DNA from: Squalus acanthias
Lineage: Eukaryota
Reading direction: 5' to 3'
Assembly: GCA_030390025.1 (NCBI GenBank)
Contig: CM059425.1
Location: forward strand, 176,640,001 to 176,704,000
Length of the DNA: 64,000 bases
In this document: piece after piece, positions 63,530 through 64,000 of the stretch
Layout: each line of letters starts with the position of its first letter
How positions within the stretch are numbered: the stretch's first letter is position 1
Translations under genes and position numbers: made by a program
Notes under the pieces: generated by a model
Told to the model about the DNA's origin: nothing
The model's database searches: none
What the model saw: the letters and a program-made list of their open reading frames with translations, nothing else

Positions 63530-64000
63530 AACATAAGCTGAAGGACTGACAGGACATCTAACGCATGCTACAGAGTCTTGTGCATTTTGGTAGGGCAATT
63601 TAAAATGAATGATGGGGGGAAAGAGCCCCAAATGCATGATTGCACTGTTGGAATAGTGCAAGACAAAAGAAAGGCAGAGTATTTCCTAAATGGTGAAAGA
63701 TTGGGGAATGCAGATGCTCAAAGGGACCTGGGTGTCCTTGTACATGAGTCACTGAAAGTGAATGTGCAGGTGCAGCAAGCCACTAGGAAGGCAAATGGTA
63801 TGCTGGCCTTCATTACAAGAGGATTTGAGTACAGGAGTAAAGAAGTCATACTCCAATTATATCGGGCCTTGGTGAGACCACACCTGGAGTACTGTGTACA
63901 ATTTTGGTCTCCTTACCTAAGGAAGGATATACTTGCCATAGAGGGAGTGCAACGAAGGTTCACGAGATTGATCCCTGGGATGACGGGACTGTCGTATGAG
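63530..64000 (+). mobile_element. CR1 ORF2 fragment running off the window
   Basis: QRDLGVLV, ANGMLAFITRG, QLYRALVRPHLEYCVQFWSP. Confidence 0.85.

Overview
Repeat-dense vertebrate genomic DNA, very probably from a shark or other elasmobranch (HE1-type V-SINEs, a SacSINE1/DeuSINE-like SINE, CR1/HER1-type LINEs). I could not support any intact host protein-coding gene. The window is dominated by about ten decayed PIF/Harbinger DNA transposons. These carry convergent genes for a HARBI1-like DDE transposase and a spliced Myb/SANT-like partner, ~12-bp TIRs and 3-bp TSDs, and have MITE derivatives. Also present: one near full-length CR1 LINE (esterase ORF1, APE-RT ORF2), many CR1/L2/RTE fragments, two solo LTRs with 4-bp TSDs, and at least eight short Penelope-like insertions, six with a recognisable minimal hammerhead ribozyme. 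The most notable observations are (i) short ribozyme-bounded Penelope-like inserts, (ii) Harbinger targets that keep an AY-NNN-RT palindromic flank while the TSD core varies, (iii) chimeric Harbinger elements with ends from different families, and (iv) candidate chromatin-binding motifs in the tail of the Myb-like partner. Family names come from motif recognition by eye, not database searches. Boundaries without TSDs are approximate.
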